64,000 nucleotides of DNA from Albugo candida (lineage: Eukaryota): NCBI GenBank assembly GCA_040437565.1, contig JBDOQK010000016.1, positions 434,001 to 498,000 on the forward strand, written 5' to 3'. Positions within the stretch are counted from its first letter, which is position 1. The number at the start of each line of letters is the position of its first letter. The notes below the pieces were generated by a model that had not been told where the DNA came from, made no database searches, and worked only from the letters and a program-made list of their open reading frames with translations. Made by a program: the position numbers and the translations under genes. Positions 35,131 through 46,082 of the stretch are shown piece after piece.

Positions 35131-37398
35131 ATGACATCCTCGTGCACGGACGAACGCATTCCATCAACACCCAACACAAATGAACCTCCTTCACCCGTGT
35201 ATTGGGGCTATGTAATGGTATTTCCCAATTTTGACTATCAGCTGCCACATACAAATTCACAGCATTCAAAGCGCTTTAATGAGAGCACAAAATTACTATT
35301 ACAATTACAACAAATTGTCTGTCCGACAACTTTGGACACAATTTTATGGAAATTAAAGCACGCGGATTTACAATTTCGACTGTTTTACTCGTCAGGAAAA
35401 CAATTTATATTCTGTAAAATTGGAGCCACTGAAAAGCGTTTGCAGTCGGAAGCAGCTCGCATCGAGTTACAGCTCCAATTGAATCCCATTCGCTTGTCGA
35501 AAATTGCTCGAAAAGGGCTTTTGCAATACGGAATACATCCATTCCCAATCGTTGACGTCAAACACACCTTTCGATACGCACCGTACGACTTTATCTTTTC
35601 TCCATATGTGATCGCGTCACAGTATCAGTCGTACTTTTTGAGGAGTGGACCCACAAAAGACTCGCTTTTTGATAGTAGTAATCGTAAGATATTGATAGAG
35701 AATATCATCACAAGTGATCCGAGTGTCAATGGAGCAGGCTGTCATTTAGATCGCCTTCGGTATGATGGTACGATCCTGGAATGTTTCCCATTACATGAAG
35801 ATTCCGAGCGGAAAATCCTGCAGAAAGAGTGGGTACAGTGGAATATGGCGCCTATGATGCAGCCTTTCGGTAAAATCAAAGCTTATTTTGGTGTGAAAAT
35901 TGCATTATACTTTATGTATCTCGGCCACTACACACAATGGCTCACGCTGCCTGCAGTAATTGGATTGATTGTGGGCGTTTTGGCATGGAAATTACCAATT
36001 TCAATGAAACCTTATGTGTTTATGTATCTACTGCCGGCATTTGGGATTTTCATGAATATTTGGGCAGCGGTATATCTGAAGAATTGGAAACGATTGAATG
36101 CACACGCAAGTCTTCGATGGGGTGTTTCCAAAATCAAAGAGCGGCCGTACCATTTACGACCACAATTTAGAGGCGAAATAATCACTTCGCCGATTGACGG
36201 CTCCCTCACAAAGTATTTCTGTCCAAAGCAAAAGTGGCGTAGAGTTGCATTCAGTTGGCTGGTTATTTCTCTATTGATTCTCATCGTTTTCTTCCTGGTT
36301 TCGTGCATCTTCTACTTGCGATACGATCTCACAAAAGGATCGGATTCGATCCATTTGGTCGTTGCGAATTATCGTGTGGGTCCTATGCTTGCGGCAGTAG
36401 CCAATGTCGTCCAAATCACCATCATGACCAGAATCTATAATCACTTCTCGATTCGATTGAATGACCAGGAAAATCATCGTACGGATGTCGAGTACGAGAA
36501 CAGCCTGATACTGAAAACGGTCATATTCCAATTCGTGAACAATTTCTCGGGGCTTTTTTACTCTGCTTTTATCAAAAATGGGCTGGAAGGATGCGAGAAT
36601 CTGGATTGTCTGTATGAGCTCGAGTATATTTTGATGATTATCTATTGCTCTCGATTGGTTTGGGGAAATGTGACAGAAGTTTTACTTCCTCGATTTTGGG
36701 CATACGTCAAGCGTCAACAATTGCTCACAAGTCAGCGGTATTGCTCGCGACGCACAGAAGAAAATGGGGAGCCAACTTTGTGGCCGAAATCGAAATGTGA
36801 AATGGAATTATTCCTCGCTCCATACGATTGGCACGGAACCTTTGACGATATGTTGGAAATGGTGATTCAATTCGGGTACACGACTATGTTTGTGGTTTCA
36901 TTCCCATTTGCTCCCTTCCTTTCGTACCTCAACAACTACTTGGAAATTCGACTGGATGGATATCGTCTCTTGTACGAGACCAGACGACCACAGCCTCAAA
37001 ATGTTTGTGATTTGGGCCATTGGTACTCTGTCCAACAAGTTTTCGCTGCAATTGCTATCTGTAGCAACGCTGGTGTGATCGTGTTCACTGGAAACTATTT
37101 CTCACATGTTTCAGAAAGTTTGCGTGTATGGCTTTTCACTCTGTTTGTTGCGACTTTATTTTTCATCAAATACGTGCTGGAAACGTGCATACACGACATC
37201 CCACAGAGTGTGCAGGCTCAATGGAAACGACAAGAGTTTCTGATCGCGAAAATCATACATCATGTACCGGACGAGTTGGGAGACGCTGCTGCATGTAAAG
37301 TTGCTGGAATCTGTAAGGAGGTCTACCCAATCGAACTTGCAACTATACACGATCACGATCCCGATGAAGTGCATGGACGATCACATCTGAGCAGCTGA
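35131..37398 (+). CDS. Anoctamin/TMEM16 family channel or scramblase
   Basis: FPLH, IKAYFGVKIALYFMYLGHY, ENHRTDVEYENSLILKTVIFQFVNNF, DMLEMVIQFGYTTMFVVSFPFAP, NNYLEIRLD. Confidence 0.95.
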   Translation: MTSSCTDERIPSTPNTNEPPSPVYWGYVMVFPNFDYQLPHTNSQHSKRFNESTKLLLQLQQIVCPTTLDTILWKLKHADLQFRLFYSSGKQFIFCKIGATEKRLQSEAARIELQLQLNPIRLSKIARKGLLQYGIHPFPIVDVKHTFRYAPYDFIFSPYVIASQYQSYFLRSGPTKDSLFDSSNRKILIENIITSDPSVNGAGCHLDRLRYDGTILECFPLHEDSERKILQKEWVQWNMAPMMQPFGKIKAYFGVKIALYFMYLGHYTQWLTLPAVIGLIVGVLAWKLPISMKPYVFMYLLPAFGIFMNIWAAVYLKNWKRLNAHASLRWGVSKIKERPYHLRPQFRGEIITSPIDGSLTKYFCPKQKWRRVAFSWLVISLLILIVFFLVSCIFYLRYDLTKGSDSIHLVVANYRVGPMLAAVANVVQITIMTRIYNHFSIRLNDQENHRTDVEYENSLILKTVIFQFVNNFSGLFYSAFIKNGLEGCENLDCLYELEYILMIIYCSRLVWGNVTEVLLPRFWAYVKRQQLLTSQRYCSRRTEENGEPTLWPKSKCEMELFLAPYDWHGTFDDMLEMVIQFGYTTMFVVSFPFAPFLSYLNNYLEIRLDGYRLLYETRRPQPQNVCDLGHWYSVQQVFAAIAICSNAGVIVFTGNYFSHVSESLRVWLFTLFVATLFFIKYVLETCIHDIPQSVQAQWKRQEFLIAKIIHHVPDELGDAAACKVAGICKEVYPIELATIHDHDPDEVHGRSHLSS

Positions 37399-37435
37399 AT
37401 CAGTTCGCACTGCTCGAGCGGTATGATCGATGTGG

Positions 37436-38488
37436 TCAGATTGCCTGACGTGATCCCATAGGCGTCACTGCAGCAGAGTGACCAGAAGACGGAAGCTTTT
37501 GTATCCTTCCAAATCCCCACATGAGACCTACGACCCCGAGAAATTGTATATAATGCAAAGGACTGATGGGTCCCGTCAAGTATTGGCATCGCTCTCCCGT
37601 GGTGGAACACATGACCTCATCCGTTTCGCCACTCATCGAAAACATGACGTAAAATTGTGTGGCCATTGCAATCACCGATGAAATCGTAGCGACGCTCAAG
37701 ACTCGTTTCATACGTCGGAAGCGTTCATACGGTTTACGGACATTAGCATGAAGATGTGCATGATAAGAATGCTCCATTTCATGCTGTCGTCCAAGCATTC
37801 CAGCATCATCCATAGTCGATATAAACCGTATCATTGTCATGGGAATATCGGCTTCTTCCATGCTATCGATCTCGTGAACGCGCTGGAGGACCTGCCAGCC
37901 ATACACCAAAAGCACCATCAATATCAATGTCAATAGAAGCGCATCGCCAATATATCGATACGTTTTCGGAATACGATAAAACCCACGATGATCCAATGCA
38001 AGCGAATCAATTCCACCATAATATATCCAAATCAACAAAACAGCCGATTGCTCCGTGACAATCGAACGCCACGATCGCTTTGAAGCTGTTCCGTGCGTCA
38101 CCGACATCAGAAAGAAAGCAGAATTCAACAGGATGGAATACAATGCAGCAGTGCACAAATGAATCATTAGATAGAATACAACGCGTGGTAATGTGCCTCC
38201 GTAGGACCCAGGATCTACCGCTCGAACAGAAAAGGTTGCAGAACAGAAAAATGTCACAAAATATGCTTTTTTTTGTATTCTCGATCCCGAATTTCGTGTC
38301 GCTCGACCGTATTGTAAGGCGCTCGCAATAAGACCCGCAGCTCCGAGTGAGAAATAAATCCATTGAGATAAATGGTAGTCGGCGAGATTATAGCTCGCAT
38401 ACGTCGCGGTGCATGACGGACCAACAAATCCGTATTTGCATGTTTGTTCTGCCGGTTGGGAGAGCTCAAACGCGCTTGTACTGTGCAT
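37436..38488 (-). CDS. Seven-transmembrane (GPCR-like / THH1-TOM1-like) protein with N-terminal EGF-like half motif
   Basis: 350-aa ORF with CKYGFVGPSC, seven hydrophobic segments and a long loop between TM5 and TM6. Confidence 0.7.
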   Translation of the reverse strand: MHSTSAFELSQPAEQTCKYGFVGPSCTATYASYNLADYHLSQWIYFSLGAAGLIASALQYGRATRNSGSRIQKKAYFVTFFCSATFSVRAVDPGSYGGTLPRVVFYLMIHLCTAALYSILLNSAFFLMSVTHGTASKRSWRSIVTEQSAVLLIWIYYGGIDSLALDHRGFYRIPKTYRYIGDALLLTLILMVLLVYGWQVLQRVHEIDSMEEADIPMTMIRFISTMDDAGMLGRQHEMEHSYHAHLHANVRKPYERFRRMKRVLSVATISSVIAMATQFYVMFSMSGETDEVMCSTTGERCQYLTGPISPLHYIQFLGVVGLMWGFGRIQKLPSSGHSAAVTPMGSRQAI

Positions 38489-38835
38489 TACCTCAAGTAA
38501 TAGCGATATGACGTGATGTCATCGCTCTGATACGATCGAGTGCATCGATTGAATTGAATTTCTATCCAGTCATAGGGAGTGAGTTTATCGTATGAGCGAT
38601 ATAATCCCACTTTTGATCATTCTTTTTATGCGATACATACGAAAACGATGGACTTGTCGAAAGAGTGGCAACGCTACCGATAGTACTGGACTTTATTTTT
38701 GTTTCTAGAAAGGTGCATGACGGCGTTGCTCCGAGGTGCGATAGTTAGCTCCATGGATGGTCAAGCGAAGCGGCAGAGCAACCGCCTTGATACTCAACTG
38801 CCAGAGAACATTTGGGTGTGAAATACCACTTTTCA

Positions 38836-40206
38836 ATGATCAGAATCTGCATGTTGTCTCTCCAATGTATCATTCCATTTGGGTTTATAATTGGGGGCAC
38901 ATTGGCCGATGAGAATGATAGAAATACCACACAACAGATTGTGCACATATATCCGCATTCACAGAAAAACTCAAGTCCTCAGGTCTCTACATTCAAGCTG
39001 TACGACGATGAGAGTGTGTCTTGCCCGAAAAAGGTTCAGCTTTCTCAGCTTGAGTTGATGCCTGGAGATTGTCTCGTGATAAAAACCGAGCAGGGTGGAA
39101 GAGTGATTGATGCGGAAGTATGGAGTCGTAATGAACAGGAGCTTCTGACGTTCTCGTTGGTCGAAGATCATTTACATGTGTCGTACATTCCCTCACTGAC
39201 GACGCTTATTCTTCCACTTAACATTCCATCGTCCAGACGGCGTCCTGTGGCCACTTTCTCTGTACAACGCACTCGTGATGGATCGATGGATGAGGATGAG
39301 AAGACAATGAATCCAGTACAAGAAACCATTCTTGGGAATCAGACTGATTTCAAGCCGTCGATTTGCTTCAAAACTGTTGCACCTCAAATGTATGCAGCTT
39401 CTCGTGCGGTAGCTCGCTTGATCACAGAACGAAATGAGACGTCAAGATTTCGACCCAGTACCACCCGCGTGTCGTGCACTGGGTCACTTGTAGGAAGAGG
39501 AAATTATCTGCTGACGAACTTTCATTGCATCAAACAGACTGATTCGGAAATCCCACAAACAAAAACACTNNNNNNNNNNNNNNNNNNNNNNNNNNNNNNN
39601 NNNNNNNNNNNNNNNNNNNNNNNNNNNNNNNNNNNNNNNNNNNNNNNNNNNNNNNNNNNNNNNNNNNNNAAGAGCAGCTCGTATGGCACACCATCAGCCA
39701 CACAAGGAAGAATCATCGCGGCCAATTCGCGGTTAGATTATGCGCTTTTAGAACTGTATCCAATCGAAATGGGAATGAATTTGTCAGATATCTTTGGTAG
39801 CTTGACATTACGAGTCCAAGGACCTCGAAATGGCGAAACGATTTATATTCCACAGCATGCACAAGGACAGCCAAAGGTGATTACGATTTCGGAAAATGGA
39901 CAGCCAGCACGCGTGTGGATGGACTCTCAAGTGTGTTATAATCGGAATCGGAATGAGTCATTGACAGTTGCGTATAATGCGGACACGGAGCCTGGATCGT
40001 CAGGGTCACCGGTATTGAGTCAAGATGACAATACAGTTGTCGCATTGCATCATGCTGGTACAACTATGGTACCGTATATCACAAATATTGATTCCGAAAG
40101 TGCATGCAATGAAGGAATCCGAATGGATGTTATCGTCCGTGATCTTATTGCGAAAAAAGCACTTCCGTATGGAGCAGTTGCTGCGTCGTGTCAGCGCAGT
40201 TTGTGA
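38836..40206 (+). CDS. Secreted trypsin-like (S1/Trypsin_2) serine endopeptidase (gap inside)
   Basis: Signal-like N-terminus. Catalytic triad motifs CTGSLVG...LLTNFHC (H), LDYALL (D) and DTEPGSSGSPV (S), plus VVALHH. Confidence 0.9.
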   Translation: MIRICMLSLQCIIPFGFIIGGTLADENDRNTTQQIVHIYPHSQKNSSPQVSTFKLYDDESVSCPKKVQLSQLELMPGDCLVIKTEQGGRVIDAEVWSRNEQELLTFSLVEDHLHVSYIPSLTTLILPLNIPSSRRRPVATFSVQRTRDGSMDEDEKTMNPVQETILGNQTDFKPSICFKTVAPQMYAASRAVARLITERNETSRFRPSTTRVSCTGSLVGRGNYLLTNFHCIKQTDSEIPQTKTXXXXXXXXXXXXXXXXXXXXXXXXXXXXXXXXXXKSSSYGTPSATQGRIIAANSRLDYALLELYPIEMGMNLSDIFGSLTLRVQGPRNGETIYIPQHAQGQPKVITISENGQPARVWMDSQVCYNRNRNESLTVAYNADTEPGSSGSPVLSQDDNTVVALHHAGTTMVPYITNIDSESACNEGIRMDVIVRDLIAKKALPYGAVAASCQRSL

Positions 40207-42420
40207 ACATCACGCACAGTAGTGCACTAATTAATTTCAATCACAACGAACACGTTTGCTCGACATGCGCGTGGCATTGTGGACTGTAGATTTGCGTTCA
40301 GTCAGAGGTTTAGCGCTACCAGCGATTGTAATTTCGATAAGAAGACGTGCTTTTGCGTTGCATCTGCCACATGGAATATTATAATACCACTTATCTGAGC
40401 TCATCCGCTCCATATTGGAGATAGGTAAGGTGGAAACGATCAGGCTTTTATAGTAGCGATAACGGTAAAGTCACGGTGTTTATGCACTAGAGCGATGTTG
40501 GCCAGTGTACAATACTAACGATTGTTGAACCTCAGAGCTCAAAGTGTTTCAACCTTTGCGAAGTGCGACAGAAAGATCCAATGAGATTACGATGCCAAGC
40601 GAAGTTTGTAGATAGAGCTACGAAATTGCGTTATTCTGTCTACGGAATTAAAGTGGATACAACTCGCTTATGGTTTCCAATTTCGCTAGAAACCAGAGAG
40701 ATATTGGATCGCTCCTTGCTTTCCAAGCATGTCGGTGGCCCACTTGAAGACGAGAATTTGACTTGAAAATATTTCGGTAGGTAGCAGAGCGTGGAGTATA
40801 TCCGTTGTAGACATGTCTCAGGAAGGATGGGAGTGTGGAAAATTATAGAATCATACTTCTTACAAGAATAGTCAATTAGGAGTTTTACCGGCTGAGAGGC
40901 TGAATCATGGAGACAGGCATATACGCCACGTTCGATGTAATGACTTGACAGTTTTATGCAATCCAGAATGCCTCTATACAGAAAGTGTCCAGCCTAGTCC
41001 AACAATAGAACATCAGACTCCCTCCGTTTTATAATAAGACTGACTTTGGCCATAAAGAGCCAGCTTCTTAGATGGCTTCATACACCTAGCACATATCAGG
41101 TGACTGTCTCTAACTTCCAAACGATCCGGCAATTCCTCTTGCAACTTGAAGTGATTAATCCACGTGCAGAGCGTAAGAACAATTTCAGTTTTCTTCTAAG
41201 AAAAGACGTTGTAGGATTGGTTGCATCTCTATCCAGGAGCAATAGAGATATCATGTCTCTCAGTCTTTCTGGGAAAGGTCGACCTACTGATTTTCATCCT
41301 CTATCAAATGTACCAGCTTATCAAAGAAAGTGAGATATTCTAAGTCCGAGCACTACATGTGTAGTAGGCTAATTTGCAATCTCACTTGCTAGCAGACGGC
41401 TTCACAATTTCTCATGCGGCTGGAAGGTCGCACGCAAGGAAGTTGGCATCTTCGTGTCTGCGCAAATGGTGATGAAAACTATCTCCATGTGTTATCAGAA
41501 TATTCGTTGCTTTATTGGAGGTTTATTTAAAAAGCCTAGACTGAGCTTAGGCCAAAGAAAAGGCATTGATGACGGTTGCGTACTTAAAGATTACTTTATG
41601 TCCAATTTGAAAATACCTACACCACAGAATACTTTATCGATAAGTTATGGAATTCTTATCTTGCTACACCCGAACTTCACGTTAAGTCTGNNNNNNNNNN
41701 NNNNNNNNNNNNNNNNNNNNNNNNNNNNNNNNNNNNNNNNNNNNNNNNNNNNNNNNNNNNNNNNNNNNNNNNNNNNNNNNNNNNNNNNNNCCCGAACTTC
41801 ACGTTAAGTCTGAGATGTCATGCTCTAATCCTTGCTTTAAAGCTTAGTATTGCCGAACTTTATATTGACCACAGCTCCAGGGCGGTAAAAGTGGAAGTGT
41901 GGACCCAGTGACTGCGCAAATGTGAAAGCATCCACCATTCTCAGCTGCGCCAGCACTGTAAAATTATGCCATAATCAGTCGTTACTGCGTTAGTGATCGA
42001 TAAACCTGGACAAAGGAACATAGCGAACGAGCAACTTTCACTATTCCCATTTGGCGATACCAACAAATCGACATTTCTCTGAGCCGTCCTTTCATAAATG
42101 ACCTTTCTCTTCCATCATGGTAGTGTACAAAGCCTGATTTGGCGAGTAGAAGTCATCCTCAACTGAAGGAGATGGACGGAAGTAACGAAATCGGGATGAT
42201 ATCTTGAAAAGCATTCAAACTGCTTGATCTAAATGAATTCAACTCGACAAATGGAAACAAATAGAGAATATCGCAGATTTAAACAGAGTTTTCTATAGCA
42301 TACGCACAGATTAATGCTGTTGCTAGAACTTGTTTGGATAAGCCTATTCTTTAGATAAGCCTAGGAATACTTTAAATACACCGTTAGACACTCGATTAAC
42401 GGTACTTCCATTAAATTACG

Positions 42421-43320
42421 TCACAATGCGACCTGAACAGTTTGAACACGACTACTACAAAGCTCTTCGTAACTAATTACGGACCCGCGTGATGAGAGTT
42501 GTGAGCTCACTAAGAAATTGCGCTTAGAGCTACCAAAGTTTATACTTGAACTCTCAAGCGAATTTGCGTCAAAGGTGTCACTATTCAATCTATTTGCTTG
42601 GATGTAATCTTTGAATTGATCAGATCGGTATACAATTGGAGGTTCGGCATTGCTGCTTTCCGTGTCGATAAAATTTGCGGTAGTCACCGTCGTATCCAAC
42701 ATTTCAGCAACATTAAACTGCGGTTGTGACTTGAGCTTTGTCGAGTTGATTGACAATTGACATGCAGATGAGATTCTTGGATGTGGATCGATTGTGTCCA
42801 TTTCAAGAATCTCGGTCCCATTCGATGGTTTCTCGATCATTACGTTCATTGAAGAAGTGTTATTAATCGCACTAAGTCTTGGTCCTAGAATAGGACATGG
42901 AGATGCTCCATTGAAATCCGTCGAGTGGCTTCCAGACTGGACAGTAGCAAATCGATACGTTGTATATTCTTCAGGGAAAGCGGATGATTTTTGTTTACAA
43001 GACTCTGAAGTCTGTTTGTGAAATGAACCTGATGCAGTGCCTGGGCTTGTGTTTTCAGGAGAAGGAAAACAGGAATGAATGTCTGTATACGTCTTGGACT
43101 GCGCGTTTGTATCCGTCACTGATTTACATTCACTCGCTGATCTCCGCCACCGATACACCACAATGCAAAGCACGCATACAAAAAGTAAAGCAGCAATCAT
43201 GACGGAAATGATTGTAGTAGTGTTCAATCCCGATTCGCCATCCTGCGACTCGAGCTTTCGACTCGTTGACAAGACCCGAATGTACATACTCGCTGCTCGG
43301 ATGAGTTTAAAATGACACAC
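42421..43320 (-). CDS. Single-pass membrane protein with Ser-rich disordered cytoplasmic tail
   Basis: 299-aa ORF. TM IISVMIAALLFVCVLCIVVY followed by RWRR. The start could be the internal Met near 43287. Confidence 0.6.
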   Translation of the reverse strand: MCHFKLIRAASMYIRVLSTSRKLESQDGESGLNTTTIISVMIAALLFVCVLCIVVYRWRRSASECKSVTDTNAQSKTYTDIHSCFPSPENTSPGTASGSFHKQTSESCKQKSSAFPEEYTTYRFATVQSGSHSTDFNGASPCPILGPRLSAINNTSSMNVMIEKPSNGTEILEMDTIDPHPRISSACQLSINSTKLKSQPQFNVAEMLDTTVTTANFIDTESSNAEPPIVYRSDQFKDYIQANRLNSDTFDANSLESSSINFGSSKRNFLVSSQLSSRGSVISYEELCSSRVQTVQVAL

Positions 43321-43719
43321 TCGGAAGTACTATACAGGCATCTAAACGGGAAGCTACGTGACAAATACCATAAAAGCACTCGATAAAGCGTAAGCATACA
43401 AACGAGTAAATTGATCTGCTCGCGCGTTTACATATGAGATACGCCAAACACACGCCAGAGATTCTTCTGCTCTCCTTACACAATGTCGCAAGTGCGTGCG
43501 CGCTTTTACGCAGACAACATAAACTACTCCTCTATTGCAAAGAAGCAGGTGGAATGCATAGGATGCGATATGTACTTTATGTATGGATAGGTCTTTTTTA
43601 GCCAGTTGGCCTCTGATTTGTTACACTCGTGAAAGTGTTTCTGCACATTAACCAAACGGTCCTCACATACGACTGGTTGATTCTCATTAGTAATATCAGC
43701 GCCTATATAAAGATAAAGA

Positions 43720-45867
43720 TTACTTCCACCTTTGATCACCTGTGGATCCATAGAGAGGTTTAGCGCGTCGGAAATGATAATGGACCGAGTCGCGGGCCCG
43801 CTGGTGATGATCAAATCGTTTATATTGCACCATGGCGATAACGACTAGACCAGCGAGCATTAGACCGGTCCACCATCCATTCAATAACCTCGATTCCATC
43901 AGTCTCGCTCGTGGGTGGAGTACAGATTCTGATCCAGCAGTATTTGACCACCTTTTCTCCGAAAATGCACCAATAATGGTCTCTTTCCTGATTTTATCCT
44001 TTTCCCCAATCTCAAACGCGTCAATCCTTCGGCATGTACCATTCTCTAACAAGATTCCTTTTGCACAAACACAATGTGCGTGTGGACCTTCCTGACACTT
44101 TCCGTATCCGTTGCAAAAATGAGTCAGATTTTTCTCGCGAACACCTTTGTCTTGTGGGTAAAAATATCCAAATGCCACGCGCCAGCAATAATCGATGGAT
44201 GGAAAGTAATATGCGAGAGAGACATTCTTATCGTCTGCTTTGGCATTGACTGTGTCCTGCTGTTTGGGAAACTGTGCACATGGAGGGCCTGAGTATGGAG
44301 CTCTAATGCTCGGAAATTGAACTGCTGAATAGTATTTCTCCGGCCTCGATAAACAGCCGTCATCGTTCCCATCAACCGCACAATTATACGTTGGTATCGT
44401 CCCCACGCCTGAACATATTGTGACGTTTAGTTCCTTGTACAGCTGTGTTATGCGCTCATCCATCCAGTGGCTTCTCTTCAATACAGCTGTTTTGAGTTTC
44501 TCAATTTGATCCTTCATTGTAGCATTACATGTAATAAGATCTACCACAGCACATTGGAATACGTCTCCGCGCCAGTCCCCATGACATCTCTGGAGCTGGG
44601 AGTATATGGGTGCTGCGCTTTCATTGATGTAAGAAGTGATCGCTTGATCGCTCCATGCGCCATCAACAGGATCGCGCAAGCTTTTCCATCGCTGTATAAT
44701 AAGAGATGTCAGTTTATAATTGCACATCAATCGCTTCCAGAATGTATACTGCGGGTAGATCCAGTCCTTGAAATCTCGACGTGCTCCATTCCCGTACGCG
44801 AGGTTAAAGTCCCACACTGGCCCAGCATTTATTGGCTGATTTCGATCTTTGAAAAAAAATGTGCTCCGTCGATAGGCGTCCACATTCAGTGACATCTCAG
44901 TGTGTAATATGTAGTCAGCAAATGAGCCTAGATCAATATGAGCTTCCAGATGATCCGGATTCGTCATATTATACCACAGAAAACGATACAGCTTTGGCAA
45001 AAATCCAGTTGTTGTATTCACAAAGAAGTCTCTCATATTTTGTGATAATTCATTTTCCGGTGGGAATTCCAGAATTGGTCTTTCGCCCATGCCAAATTCA
45101 TTCTGATACTGATCAATGACCATATTTGGTGATTCCGCACCATACGTAAACGGATCATTTTGCCAGGCCCAACCACCGTTCAGCTCGTCTTGTGTGCATC
45201 CTGGTGTGAGTGGAGCCAGTGGTTCCCGATGCTCCGTAAATGTCAGTTTCTCGAGAACAATGTAGATGCCAAGGTACGCAGGCTTTAACAAAGGATTGTC
45301 TTGCAGATACAAAACGATATGTTTAGTCTTTGGAGAGTAGCGGCCGGTCCCACGATACAACCAATGAGCTAAATGATTACGGAGCAATGAACAATCCAAA
45401 TACGGCCCATTCAAAATAAAAACACGATCTTCAGGAAAACCCACGAAATTGACTGGATGCTGGAATCTCAGATTCATTTGATGCTTGGCGAAGAATAAAC
45501 TACTCTGGCCGCGAAAATTAGTTTTCGACATATACGTCGCGCTGGGTGCATCATTCACACAATTCAAATTCTCGTCATTATCACGATGATGATCTATCAC
45601 ATCGACTGTGGTTTCAACAGCTCTTTTCAGGCAGTTTGGGGCTGGATATCGCTGCTGGTTACAAGTTGGGTCAGGGAAGGCCTCCTTCGTAGCTTTCACA
45701 ATGACAACGGGAAACTCATAGCACTCTACAAGTCAAGCATGAGTGTCTCACAAGTCTCAATCAGCAAATGCATGCGTACGTAAGTGATCGTGCGCCCAGG
45801 ATTCTTCCAAGCCTTGAACCGCATCGATCGCAAACCAGAACGCTAGTATCCACGCAGTGAAATTCAT
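43720..45867 (-). CDS. CotH kinase-family protein (signal peptide, CotH, EGF-like, TM)
   Basis: Exon 1 MNFTAWILAFWFAIDAVQG...; intron 45726-45779. Motifs RGQSS, NGPYLDCSLLRNHLA, YLGIYIVLEK, EMSLNVDAYRRS, GPVWDFNLAYGN, EGF-like CNGYGKC...CVC...C, and a C-terminal TM. Confidence 0.88.
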
Positions 45868-46082
45868 ACTTGTTTTTGGCTCGTGCACGTAAGACAAACA
45901 CGATCAAGCAAAACGAAGACTGACTCCTCTTCGGTGGATAATTGAGTGGTGGGGAACATATGCGCCACCACGACGCTTCGTATTTTGCAACGCTTCACTG
46001 CGTTAATGTCTCTCGGAAACCACTCGAACGTTTTATTCAGATTATCTCGCATACAAAAATCCTGAGAAAACAAAACCTACAT

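Noticed and set aside
40500-41800. Retroelement integrase remnant (HSGLHKT on the minus strand)
   Set aside because: No following CxxC or DDE motifs; frames are full of stops.
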